NCBI RefSeq assembly: GCF_902459465.1
Contig: NC_047068.1
Coordinates: 11,532,001 to 11,596,000, forward strand
Length of the DNA stretch: 64,000 bases
Direction: 5' to 3'
DNA from: Asterias rubens
Taxonomy: Eukaryota
The notes below the pieces were generated by a model. The model had not been told where the DNA came from. It did no database searches and saw nothing but the letters and a program-made list of their open reading frames with translations. The position numbers and the translations under genes were made by a program. Position 1 is the stretch's first letter, and the number at the start of each line of letters is the position of its first letter. Below are positions 11,401-24,453 of the stretch, piece after piece.

Positions 11401-12013
11401 TATTCTTGTAATGAGTTATAAGGGACTCTCAAAAGCATCTTGCACTTCGACTCAAACCATATGGACATAAAAGCTTGTAATTTTCCTGTTCAATTTATTT
11501 GTGACTGAAGATTTTATGAGGCGTGTACATAAATGAAACAATTTCAAAATATTGTAATTAATACTTCAAGAAAAAGTTGAAAGTATCTGCTAAAAGTAGT
11601 TGTTTGAACAAGATTTGGTTTTCATCTAAAGTTTATCAAAATGAACAATACGGTCGAGTTGTATGTATGACATTTTACCCTTCGCACGATCAGAAAACAA
11701 TTCTTCATTTCATGGAGTTGTAAGAAAATGAAATGTACATAGTGTTAGCCGATTGCTCTATGTTCAGACATCCCTATATTCCGCTAACCCCATGCTCTGA
11801 TAACTCCTCTGGGTGACAAGATTTCACAAGGGATATTTGGACATTCATAAACAAAATTCCTCTCATACGAGGTTCATTTTGTAAAATTTCACAATCATGT
11901 TAAAATTTAGCAAGGGACCCTTGCTAAGTTTATGTGTGAAAAGGTCATTGATCTACACAATGGGTTAGGGAGGTAACTTAGGGATGTCATAACATAAGTA
12001 TGTGTCTAAATGA

Positions 12014-12414
12014 TTAAAGACACTGAACACTATTGGTAATTGTCAAAGACCAGTCGTCTCACTTGGTGTATCTCAACATATGCATCAAATATATAACAAA
12101 CCTGTGAAAATTTGAACTCAATTGGTCGTCGAAGCTGTGAGATATTAATGATATGCAAAAAAAAAACTTGTCACAAAGTTGTGTGCTTTCAATTCAATTC
12201 AATTCAAGAATACATTTATGCTTTCAGATGCTTTAGTCTCAAAATCAAATTCGTGGAAAATTACTTCTTTTTCAAAAACTACCTCACTTCAGAGGGAGCC
12301 GTTTCTCACAATGTTTTATACTATCAAGCTCTCCCTATTACTCGTTACCAAGTGAGGTTTTATGCTGATACATGTCATTATTTTAAGTAATTGCCAATAG
12401 TGTCCAATGCCTAT
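12014..12414. mobile_element. R1 Kolobok-like MITE (opposite orientation)
   Basis: TTAAAGACACTGAACACTATTGGTAATTGTC ... AATAGTGTCCAATGCC. Confidence 0.75.
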
Positions 12415-13084
12415 TAGCTTGTTAGAACAGCCTCTGAATAAAGTGCAAAAATAGAAAACTTATTTGATAAGTGCCTGAGTTATTGTCTTTTGAAGTCCAG
12501 TGCTTATATTATTCGGTTTCTTTGTCTAAACGACTGAGACTATTTCTTTTCCCCCTGGACAGGATGTTAGTCCATTGCAGGTCACTCCACATTCGCTTGA
12601 ACCCATTTGCACTCCTGGATGGAGAGAAGTAACTATGTCAAGATATAGTTGTATACTCTTTGTATCGTAGTTGTAATGTCATTGACAACTGAAAAATTCC
12701 ATGCGAAGTTTTGTTTACTTATATCTGTTATCATATTTTGTAATTACAAAGTTGCTTGTCTTGGCAGGGGTCCATTGATTGTCTGTGACTGGATGGTTGC
12801 TTCATCATGCCCGATATTATAGTTACGGTACAAGACGTAATTGCAAAAGTCATAGCCGTGGCTTCTAAATCAATACGGCCGTATACAATAGGTTAACGTA
12901 TTTGCTGTGGATGATGGCAGACAAGATGTTGGAGGCATCTTTGGCCTTTTTGAATAAAAACGGCTTGGGCTGAGGGCTCCGGCTTCCTGTTTAAAGCCCC
13001 ATGTGGAAAGCGTCCATTTTCTAAATAACTGACTAGAGCCCACGCCAAAGCCCTGGATTCAAGAACGCCTACGGTCCAGATATC

Positions 13085-13340
13085 CAGGGCCCAATTTCAT
13101 GGCTCTGCTTACCGTAAGCACAGAATCGGCACTTACGGAAGCAGAGAATTATGTGCTTACGGCAAGCGCATTTCACGGGCTAGCGGCAAATTTTGGCTTC
13201 TGCGCGTGCGTACTCCACTTCATTAGGCATTCTACGCTTACAAGGCTAGCGCAGAAATTCGGCGCTTGCACGTAATTGTGGGGAATCGTGATCGGAAGCG
13301 CAGAATTCGGCGGTAAACAGAGCCATGAAATTGGGCCCTG
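13085..13340. mobile_element. Harbinger-like MITE R3
   Basis: TIR GGCCCAATTTCATGGCTCTG / CAGAGCCATGAAATTGGGCC, flanked by CAG / CTG. Confidence 0.7.
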
Positions 13341-13635
13341 GTATCAGTGCTAGGGTCAAATTGAAAGTTGTTTTCGTGTTTTTTATCTCTTCTAGTTTTT
13401 CTTTTATTTTAAGCCACCATCATTAGTTTTTAATGAACACCCTAAGCCAGCGTACTGCACCATGGCTAGAAATGACGCACTGTCCAGTACTTTGAACCTT
13501 CCAGCTTGATTCTAATGAGGTTATTGCTGTGTATTTTGAGAGAGTTGTTTTCTTGGAAGCTTAAGAGTTTTCCCAATTAATGAGTTTTAGGGGCCGGGCA
13601 GTCTCTTATTGGCGATGTTTTCGTCAAACACGAAC

Positions 13636-15240
13636 GGATAGGTTTTCTTGTATGTGTTGATTAAGACGTAGGCCTAGCTAAATTGAACAAAAATGTACGC
13701 TGACCATTTGACGCATGTAGGCTATGTATAGATCCACCCCGCCACAAAACAACAAATAAATAAATTTGAAAAATAACATGAATGTTCCACTCCCCCACGA
13801 GCAAAATCGCAATATTGCTCAAAAAAGGGGGAAAGGAGGAAGATGAAACTAATGCGCTTGTGAAATCTAGAGGCCTAGGCCCATTGAACAAGCACAAAAG
13901 GGATCGCTACCCCCCAAAAAATAAGCAGATTGTGTCCCCCTGCAGCGTCCCCCTTCCCCGCAATAAAAGCATGACTAAACGACTGACTAAACCCACTCCA
14001 CCTGCCCCCCCCCCACCCTCACCCCTACAAAGATCATAGCTACGACGCTGGTATCGATAAATATTACGGAGATTGTTCCAAAAGCATAAGGTCAACGCAC
14101 TTGCAATGCTCCTCTCAACATCCACCCCTCCCCTACTACTTTTATAACAAGAAGACTCCTCAGTGAAAAATACCTCCCACATCATATTTAGTTACCATGG
14201 CAATCGGGTACAATTGCGTGGGAAAAAATATGACGGGTGCATTCGATGGTTGACAGGTGGAATTTTAATTAGTGACTGGATTTTGCAGCAACACAAGTAC
14301 GGAGTATTTTTAACAGTGTCGCAGGGCTGGTTACACAATTCAACACTGCCAAAATATTTGTCTGGTTTTTCTGTCAACTGAATCGTTATTGGGTCTTCTA
14401 TTCATTTTTTACTACCTTCTAGAGGATAGGTTTTCTTGTATGGGTTGATTAAGACGTAGGTCTAGCTAAATTGAACAAAAATGTACGCTGACCATTTGAC
14501 GCATGTAGGCTATGTATAGATCCACCCCGCCACAAAACAACAAATAAATAAATTTGAAAAATAACATGAATGTTTCACTCCCCCACGAGCAAAATCGCAA
14601 TATTGCTCAAAAAAGGGGGAAAGGAGGAAGATGAAACTAATGCGCTTGTGAAATCTAGAGGCCTAGGCCCATTGAACAAGCACAAAAGGGATCGCTACCC
14701 CCCAAAAAATAAGCAGATTGTGTCCCCCTGCAGCGTCCCCCTTCCCCGCAATAAAAGCATGACCCAACGACTGACTAAACCCACTCCACCTGCCCCCCCC
14801 CCACCCCGCCCCTTCACCCCTGTGCCCCCCCCCCCCCCACCCTCACCCCTACAAAGATCCTAGCTACGACGCTGGTATCGATAAATATTACGGAGATTGT
14901 TCTAAAAGCATAAGGTCAACGCACTTGCAATGCTCCTCTCAAAATCCACCCCTCCCCTACTACTTTTATAACAAGAAAACTCCTCAGTGAAAAATACCTC
15001 CCACATCTCATTTAGTTACCATGGCAATTGGGTACAATTGCGTGGGAAAAAATATGACGGGTGCATTCGATGGTTGACAGGTGGAATTTTAATTAGTGGC
15101 TGGATTTTGCAGCAACACAAGTACGGAGTATTTTTTAACAGTGTCGCAGGGCTGGTTACACAACACTGCCAAAAATATTTGTCTGGTTTTTCTGTCAACT
15201 GAATCGTTATTGGGTCTTGTATTCATTTTTTACTACCTTC
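13636..15240. repeat. Tandem duplication of a ~790-820 bp unit
   Basis: GGATAGGTTTTCTTG at 13636 and 14424 (period 788); near-identical copies differing mainly in the poly-C tract. Confidence 0.95.
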
Positions 15241-17098
15241 TTATAAGCTCTTTCTTAAAGGCAAAGTGTACCTTTGGTTTTTGTAACAGTTATTTTGTTT
15301 AAATTTTAACCTGTGAACATTTCAAAAGGTAGTTGCGTCTTTGAGATCTCCGCAAATCCGGACTGGTGTCCATGGGGCATGAAGAATAATCCCTATACTA
15401 TAAGAATACGCAATTATGAAAAAAGTATCTGAGAGTAGCGTTTCTCGGATTCAAATTTGAGGGGGATAAAAACTTATATCTTTTTTGGTGCTCAAAATAC
15501 TTTATACTTTCGAAAGCTGCAGTTTATATAACCAAGCAGGTTTGTTTTTGTCATTCATTTTATGAGTAGTTACCATACGATATACCGTCCCTAATAGTAA
15601 TTCATGCTAGGAGTTTGCTTTCCTTCGCGCTTTTTTCCTTTTCTTTTCTCTTCGTCTTCGGTTTCTTTTTCTTCTTATTATTTCGCTTCTTCGTTTTCCT
15701 TACGGATGTTATCAAATATCCCAATGCTTATTTTGTGTTGCTATTTATCATTATGCCTCTTGTGATCAGGTTGTTGCCCGTCGTGGGAGGTTATTTATTT
15801 TTAAGGAAGGATGCGGGGGTGGAGCATTTTGTACTTTCCTGGTTCATCACAAAATGTAGTTGATCAAAACGAGTGGATGCCACGAGTGTAATATTGCGAG
15901 ACGTACGATAGTCTCATGCCTGCATGCTTCGTTTTTGAAAGGGCTGGGGCACCAAGGCATTTTCTTTAGTAAAGGGCACCCTATGAGGAAATTGTACATT
16001 TCTTCTAGAGCATTTCAAGAGCACCAGTGCAATGAACAGGCAATCGACTTCGCTACCTCCGTGAAGTATCCGTATCATTGGGCTGGGCACTCGCCTCCCC
16101 CACACAACTTCTACACTCTACTCCCGCCTATGCACCGAAATTCGGAGCCCAATTTCAAAGGGGCGCACCCCTCTATAAACAGAGAATCATAAACAGTATT
16201 CTAGACAGATTGAAGACCCAAAGAAAAGGAAAACAGTGTAACAAAATTGCCCAATTGCATGAATTGTGGCCTGTTGACTGCAAACTTGATGTGTTTTGGA
16301 TGACATAGACCATAGAGCAAGGACCAGACCCAGTCCCTGTAAATACTACTTCCCGGGAGGCAGTGTAGGCACTACATGAACATTTTTCAAGATTGATGCT
16401 CCGAAGTTTGGGAAATTACACTGTCCTTTTGATTTAGAGGGTGATGACTCAATTACGGGCACTGGGACTCCTCTTGTTGAAATGAGCAAAAGCCAATGAT
16501 TGTTTTCTTCTGTAAATAGCTGTGAGACAGGTGTTTTTTCGTGTCTTCTTGAACATTAAGCATTACACTGTATATGGGAGTATAATACTATAGTCTTGTG
16601 GAATAATGCTTTGTCTGCTTAAGTAGAAATGAACAGGATACCAGTCATTATTGTGTACTCATGGCATGGTAGTCTTGTAACCTTATTCTAGTAAAAGCGA
16701 GATTGTGTTTGTGCTTAGCTATTTTTTGTATGCTTAAGCAGCTCTATTGAAGTTGGCTCAGATCACAAGATGAAGTTTTGATCGTCAGAGAGCTCCATCT
16801 CCTCTATGGCCTCTATAGTTGCGGGGGTGAGAATGTTGGTAAGACCGGAGCTTAAATTACATCTTTACCTCAGGGAAGATCCTAGAAGCGGCTAATTTGT
16901 TTTATTTAGGTCGAGGGCCGACAGAAATGTCATTTTGACCTTATTGTGGTAAAGTTGGGGACCATTTATTTACAAAATTAGTTTAAAAAACACTAACTTG
17001 TTTTGTGCATTCGGTTTTGGGTTGTTTTTTTTTGTATAAAGACCGTGGTTTACGATGCAGTAGACAGTTACCTTTTTTCTATAGAAGTTGTTGATTGC

Positions 17099-17868
17099 TT
17101 AAAGGCAGTGGACACTATTGGTAATTACTCAAAATAATTATTATCATAAAACCTTTCTTGGTTACAAGTAATGGGGAGAGGTTGATGGTATAAAACATTG
17201 TGAGAAACGGCTCCCTCTGAAGTGACGTAGTTTTCGAGAAAGAAGTAATTTTCCACGAATTTGATTTCGAGACCTCATATTTAGAATTTGAGGTCTCGAA
17301 ATCAAGCATATGAAAGCACGCAACTTCTTGTGGCGGGTGTTTTTTTTTCTTTCATTAACATCTCGCAACTTTGATGACCGATTGAGCTCAAATTTTCACA
17401 GGTTTGTTATTTTATGCATAATGTTGAGATACTCCAACTGTGAAGACTTGTCTTTGAAAATTACCAATAGTGTCCAGTGTCTTTAAAGACAGTGTACACT
17501 ATTGGTAATTGTCAAAGACCAGTCTCTCACTTGGTGTATCTCAACATATGCATAAAATAACAAACCTGTTCAAATTTGAGCTCGATCGGTCGTCGGAGTT
17601 GCGAGATAACTATGAAAGAAAAAAACACCCTTGTCACACGAAGTTGTGTGCTTTCAGATGCTTGATTTCGAGACCTCAAGTTCTAAACTTGAGGTTTCGA
17701 AATCAAATTCGTTGAAAATTACTTCTTTCTCCAAAACTAGGTCACTTCAGAGGGAGCTGTTTCTCACAATGTTTTATACTATCAACCTCTCCCCATTACT
17801 TGTTACCAGGTAAGGTTTTATGCCAATAATTATTTTGAGTAATTACCAATAGTGTCCACTGCCTTTAA
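17099..17868. mobile_element. Two inverted R1 MITEs sharing one TTAA (17483-17486)
   Basis: 17099-17486 and 17483-17868; junction GTGTCCAGTGTCT-TTAA-AGACAGTGTACAC. Confidence 0.85.
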
Positions 17869-18172
17869 TGACAGGTGTAGCAAAAGTTTCGTTTTATGAA
17901 TAGAATATATTTTATCAAGCTGGTTAGGACATAATTGTTCCTATTATTAGATCTTACTCAGTTGAAAATAATCGGTGCGCGCCTTTTTTGAGCTCGCAAC
18001 AGCGCCCTCATTTGTCAGACGTCAGTGCATCTTAAAATCTTTTTGTCGAATGTCACATACTCATTCATAAATGCTTGCCAAAAAAAAGACCAACGTACAA
18101 TAAAACAATTAGACTTTCTTTAAAGGAAAAAGGGTAATATTTTGATGTTTTTTGTTGATAGGGGTGGGAACT

Positions 18173-18560
18173 TTAAGGCAGTGGACACTATTGGTAAATA
18201 CTCAAAATAATTGTTAGCATAAAACCTTATTGGTAACGAGTATTGGGGAGAGGTTGATAGTATAAATTATTGTGAGAAACGGCTCCCTCTGAAGTGACGT
18301 AGTTTTCGAGAAAGAAGTAACTTTCCACGAATTTGATTTCGAGACCTCAGATTTTGAATTTGAGGTCTCGAAATCAAGCATCTAAACGCATACAACTTCG
18401 TGCGACAAGGGTTTTTTTTTCTTCTTTTATTAATATCTCGCAACTTCGACGATCAATTGAGCTAAAATTTTCACATGTTTGTTATTTTCTGCATATGTTG
18501 AGATACACCAAGTGAGACGACTGGTTTTTGACAATTTCCAATAGTGTCCAGTGTCTTTAA
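18173..18560. mobile_element. R1 Kolobok-like MITE
   Basis: TTAA-GGCAGTGGACAC ... GTGTCCAGTGTCT-TTAA. Confidence 0.8.
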
Positions 18561-19059
18561 TATGCAATTCGGGAATACACGTTGACAACGAGTGGGCAAG
18601 AAAGGTCACAGTGAGTAATCAGAGAGTGATGTTGACAAGCTAAGGAGCGGTATTGCCTGAGACTTGAGGTGTTTGCTCAAGATTCCTAGAAACTCGTAGG
18701 TGTTCCAAACTAGACCTAAGACGGTGGCTGAAATACAGAGAGAGACAAATCAAATTGGAGTGTGGCTTTTCCTTGTTTTGGACGATGCAGTGTGTATTGA
18801 AAACATGTCCTCTCTTGTAAATATTATGATTATAAACTTGTTTTGGACTTGAAAAATCGCTAACCCCAAAGCGTTCTGATGGGGGTGGGGGGGGGGAGGG
18901 GGCAGTCTTTCTAGTCTCACTTGTTATTTTATTTCTCTTTGTACGTTTTTCATGATTTCAGGAATTCTCTTAAAATCCAATTCTTTTTTCGTAAAGCAGT
19001 CACCTAAACAGAAGGAAGAAGAGGTGTGTTCTGCTTCTGGATGGGTGGACTGTCACTTT

Positions 19060-20148
19060 AAGGTCAGAAAAGCCCTTACATTAAAGTGCCTCACTGGTTC
19101 TTGCTCAATAATCTGATGATGTTTGTTGTCAGTTTGTTCGCTGTTCCTGCTAGGATTGTTTACGCGATATCACAAAAATACGGGAGGACTGTCGAGTGTG
19201 CCCCTTTAAGATCCGAAAAGCCACAGTACATTGTGCTTCGCTGGTCCTTGCTCTATGATCTGATGTTGTTAGTGTGTTCGCTGCTTCCTGTCGAAGTCTT
19301 CAGAGGATGCCCCTTTAAGATCAGAAAATCCCCTACATTACAGTAGGCCTCCTTGCATCTGATGTTGTTGGTGTTCTCCCTACCTCCTGCAAAGACTGTA
19401 GAGTGTGCCCCTTTAAGATCCGAGAAGCCCTTACATTGTGCTCCTTGCATCTGATGTTGTTAGTTTTCTCCCTGCCGCCTTCAAAGACTGTCGAGTGTGC
19501 CTCTTTAAGATCAGAGAAACCCTTACATTGTGCTCCTTGCATCTGATGTTGTTAGTTTTATCCCTGCCTCATGCAAAGACTGTCGAGTGTGCCCCTTTAA
19601 GATCCGAGAAGCCCTTACATTGTGCTCCTTGCATCTGATGTTGTTAGTGTTCTCCCTGCCTCCTGCAAACGGCTATCGAGTGTGCCCCTTTAAGATCCGA
19701 GAAGCCCTTACATTGTGCTCCTTGCATCTGATGTTGTTAGTGTTCTCTCTGCTTCCTGCAAAAGACTGTCGAGTGTGCCCCTTTAAGATCCGAGAAGCCC
19801 TTACATTGTGCTCCTTGCATCTGATGTTGTTAGTTTTCTCCCTGCCTCCTGCAAACGGCTGTCGAGTGTGCCCCTTTAAGATCCGAGAAGCCCTTACATT
19901 GTGCTCCTTGCATCTGATGTTGTTAGTGTTCTCTCTGCTTCCTGCAAAAGACTGTCGAGTGTGCGCCTTTAAGATCTGAAAAGCCCTTTTTTAATACATT
20001 ACAGTGCTCCTTGCATCTGATGTTGTTAGTGTTCTCTCTGCTTCCTGCAAAAGACTGTCGAGTGTGCGCCTTTAAGATCCGGAAAGCCCTTACATTACAG
20101 TGATCCTTGCATCTGATGTTGTTAGTGTTCTCCCTGCCTCTCCAGGTG
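19060..20148. repeat. 92-93-bp minisatellite, ~11 copies
   Basis: TTGCATCTGATGTTGTTAG recurs every 92-93 bp. Confidence 0.95.
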
Positions 20149-20859
20149 TAAAGATAACCTTCAGAATTATCTCTAAGATGTACCGTTACCATGGAAACAC
20201 TTATGTCATCCGAGGTTGGAACGCACGACATATTCTAATCTTTGATTGAATTTTGGACGGGTGAGTTATTCATTGACAGCGATAGTTTTTCTTTAACAAA
20301 AATCAAGACAGTTTGCATAAAATCCCTCACTGATGTATTATGTGCTGCTGATGAACACTACATCCCGTTGTGAGCACTGTGGAGGGCATTGACATGAAAA
20401 GTGTGAACACAAATTGAAGAAGTGCCCAGACGTTTGCCCTCTTACGCTGTGATGGGTAAACGTCTTGCCAAGATCGTATAAGGTTTATTTTTTGTATATA
20501 ATGTCAATTTCACAGGGAGGGTGTTTTTCTTCATCTGTCAAGTATTGTGGCAAAATGGCAAAGTTCGGAGGATGTTTTTCTAAGACGGAGAGATCGTGTA
20601 TTGACGTAGTTTGACAATGAAAATGTCAACATTCTAAAGGATGGTTATTTTAATTTATTTGACCCTAAGATTAGGAAAACGTCAATGCTGGGATTTCCGT
20701 TGCAGTTGACGGACAATTATTTGCCCCAAAACAATTTCTTAAACTTCATTCTTCAATCGAACAATGTTTATTTTATTTTAAAATTTATGTTTTTAATTAA
20801 GTATGTGCATACGTAGTGTTGAATTTGATTGGATTGATCAGTATCTTTTTGTACATGAA

Positions 20860-21151
20860 CTGGGCCCAATTTCATAGCGCTGCTTAACGGAAAGCAAATT
20901 TTACTTTAAAATTACTGTGCAGAAAAATGTGCTTAAGCCTTAGCGTATTTCACAAGTTAGCAGAAAAATTGGGCGGCCATATTGCGTGTTTACCGTGGAT
21001 TTGCATTGCGACGTCATTTATTTTCATGCGGTATGCACCGTAAGGTTAGATGGCATATTCGTGTGCTTATACGGTTAGCAGCGCTATGAAATGGGAATCG
21101 TGCAGTAAGCACAAAATCGGCCGCTAAGCAGCGCTATGAAATTAGGCCCTG
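20860..21151. mobile_element. Harbinger-like MITE R3
   Basis: CTG-GGCCCAATTTCATAGCGCTGCTTA...TAAGCAGCGCTATGAAATTAGGCC-CTG (3-bp direct TSD). Confidence 0.75.
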
Positions 21152-21534
21152 GTCTGGTTGTTGTTGGGGGGGGGGGGGGTTGCAGCAGGCTATACATGTA
21201 CAGCTTTGGAAATTACATGGAATAAAAGTCTGACTATAGCATCCTAAATGTAGCAGGAACTTCATGTGCTGTGTTGTTGTTGTGAATTAATTCTGCCCTA
21301 GGTGTAGCTGGCCTTTTTGATGTTTGTGGAATATAATAATTTTTATCCAATTTTGTCCCTTCTGCTCCACAGAATCGGCTGTGAATACATAATGAGGGAA
21401 ACTCTCATTCCTACCATTCGGGTGTCCCACCATTCAAATCTGCCCCAATGCATAAAAACATTTTCTATTTCCTTCCATTCAATCTCATGTGCCCAGATCG
21501 AGGCTCGGTGGTAGTACACCACTGACTTGATAAA

Positions 21535-21781
21535 CAGGGCCCAAGTTCATAGAGCTGCTTAGCACACAAATTTGCTTAGCATGAAATTTCTTCCTTGATA
21601 AAAACAGGATTACCAACAAAATTTCCATTTGTTGCATACTGCTTGTTACTGGTATTCAGCTGATGTTTGCTGAATCCTGAAAATCGTTTGGAAATTTTGT
21701 TGGTAGTCCTGTTTTTATCGAGGCAGAAATTTCATGCTAAGGAAATTTTTGTGCTGAGCAGCTCTATGAAATTGGGCCTAG
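21535..21781. mobile_element. Harbinger-like MITE R3
   Basis: CAG-GGCCCAAGTTCATAGAGCTGCT...AGCAGCTCTATGAAATTGGGCC-TAG. Confidence 0.7.
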
Positions 21782-21859
21782 AACATGAACCTTGCCTTTC
21801 ACTTCTCCTTTTTCACAGACTGTTAACTGACGAACAATGACAGACAATGACGAACAAAT

Positions 21860-24453
21860 TGTTGTTCATTTCAAAACAAAATTTATTTTTCTTACGTCTG
21901 TTAATATTATAAATAAGTTGATCAAGCCATATACAGATTACATGCACCATCGTGACATATCATCTCTTATTGCACAATACAAACCAGCTCAGATCATTTC
22001 AATACAATGTTTCAATGTTACCAAAATAGTAAGAAATTGCATTTAAAACCTCAAAATCTAAGTTTATATTTTTTTTTCAAATGAAAGTACTAAAATAGAA
22101 ATTTGGTATCAAATACAGTAGACTTGTGACATCTCATATGTTGTTAGTATAAACAAAGTAGCTACTGTTGTTTTTAATAATGAGATATTATAATAACGCT
22201 TAATGTTTTACTAATGTTCCTTCATAAGAATCCACGACAAAAAAAACAAAATCCACATTTGTGGCATCTGAACATAGAAAAACATAACGAGAAATGACAA
22301 AGTCCCCCAAATACCAGTTAAAACAAAATAAACAGTAAAACAACGCTTTGGTATTTTTTTGTTTCATGCGTCGACATATCAAAATACGGTTACCCCATCC
22401 TCAACAGAGAACCTATGAAATATATATATATAATATCTATATTTTAGTATATAACGCTGGTTCAAAAAATTTAAAAAGAAAACTCGTAAATAAAATAAGT
22501 GGAGTGTTTTATCTTGTATTCTTACACAATACTATATTAATTTAAACAAACACAGAGTCGAGTGCAAACATGGTACAACTTGCTTTTACGTACGCCATTT
22601 TGTGTTTGATGAGCAGTGACGTCAAAATCATTATCCACGTCATCTTATAATTGGAGTTCTATTATCTGATTATTTTTTCAGGAACAGAAATTGCAGTTAG
22701 GCGGCTCAGCCAAAACATCATGAAAGTTTTCGAAACATTTATTTTTCTCCTTAAAAAATAAAGTGGCTTATATTTAGTTTTACCATGAAGCCGCTTAGTA
22801 GACCTTTCTATTGAAGATAAACTTCGCTGGTTGTCATTGACGTCTTAATGTTACCAAAACATTCAATTGTGTTCACATAATTGTGACCAACTTCAACATT
22901 TCTGAAAATGTTCAGTTCAGGTAAAATGCATCCTTTTTTGATTACTTTGTTTCCAAAAGAATCCAACACTATTTTTCGAATGTGTGTAACATCGTTACAA
23001 ACTTTGACTATGTGGTTTTGCTTTGCATTTATGGCTTCCTATAGTTAGTTTTCATGTTTGGGCTGTGACGTTTAGAAAGGTATATTGTGCCATGTTCCCT
23101 GTCTGCAATGACGATAACTAATGCTGTTGCTCATCATACCAAAAAGGGGTTCAGGCTATTTGCCATAGAAGCCTTTGTGTGGATTAGAAACATATAGTTA
23201 TTAATATAGCTGCATCATGATTAAAGTATACGGTATAATCTTAAGCGTCACTAGTTTCAAAAGCTTCAAGATTATTGTATCTTAAAATCGAGATTTATTC
23301 ATGTCAGTCAAAGAACCACAAATGGAGATCAGGCGTGTGTTTGGTACAATGCAATACATAATAATATTCCAGAGGCCAAATACATGAATAATACATTCCA
23401 CGACTGATTCAGCTGTGTAAATTTACATACCTCAAACTTCATCAAAATGCGATCAGTTATCACCTTGTTATGCCATATAGCGATTTACAAACCGAATAAA
23501 ACAGCCGTTGACAATTAATTTTAACTATTCATTGCTAGTCTCTTAATGAAATCTACCCGACCTTTTAACATGACATTATTTTAAATGCCAATCAGTCACT
23601 CACTTTTTGATAAAACAGCCGTCTAATGACATTAATTGAGAAATTTGACACCCAACGGGTGCTGCATTTCAATTTATATTTAGCATGGCGAACAGACAGT
23701 CACTAAACTTTCCAATGTCGCTTCATCGGAAAAAAAAATCGGTATGTGTGACCGCAAGAGAATCTTTGGTGAAGAAGTGATCACAATGCAAGGACTTTGA
23801 ACGAGTTGAATGACTGTCTTTATTATACAAGGAATGTGGAGTTATCCTCCACGCATGACATACATGTAGGCTTCTTCGATAAATTCCTATCATAGTACTC
23901 CCGTAGAAGAAATGTTTCTTGACCCCGAATGATCCATTCGACATTCACTCACAAGATGGTTCGCAAGTCACAGTGCATGTAATTCCTCAAACTGTACTAT
24001 TATTTTACAAAACTTCTATCTTCAACAAAGCATGAAAAACATCTGACCGCTTCATCAACTTAAAAAAATATGATACTCAGTTTAGATTGAGAAAGAATGT
24101 AAAAATATCATTGTGAAAATTATTTACTCGATTTATTTTTATTTTATAATCTGTATAATTTGATATCAATAATATAAAAAAGCTATACGAGTCAAAAGGG
24201 CTCAGTGTCATCGCGCAGCCGCAGTGGGCCGAGTTGCATTCTGAAAAATGTAAAAGTGGCATTCCCGTGGCGGGAGAGAAAAGACGTGATTTGGTTTAGA
24301 ACCGAAACCTTCTGCTGAACTGCTGCTGTACATTCAGTTCGAGTTACTATGGTTACAAGTGACCAAATACACGACAATTTCATAATGATTTTTGTATAAT
24401 GGAAGTTCAGTGCTTTCTTCAAGTCGTCACCTGGACGTCTTAGGTGCGAGCTT
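21860..24453 (-). other. TOB: Probable Tob 3' UTR (~2.6 kb)
   Basis: Repeat-free and U-rich on the - strand after the stop codon; AATAAA on the - strand at ~21883-21888 (plus tttatt). The 3' end is inferred. Confidence 0.55.

Noticed and set aside
13782-14863. Duplicated proline-rich ORFs (85 and 97 aa)
   Set aside because: The prolines come from poly-C tracts that differ between copies; no domain, splice signals or codon bias.
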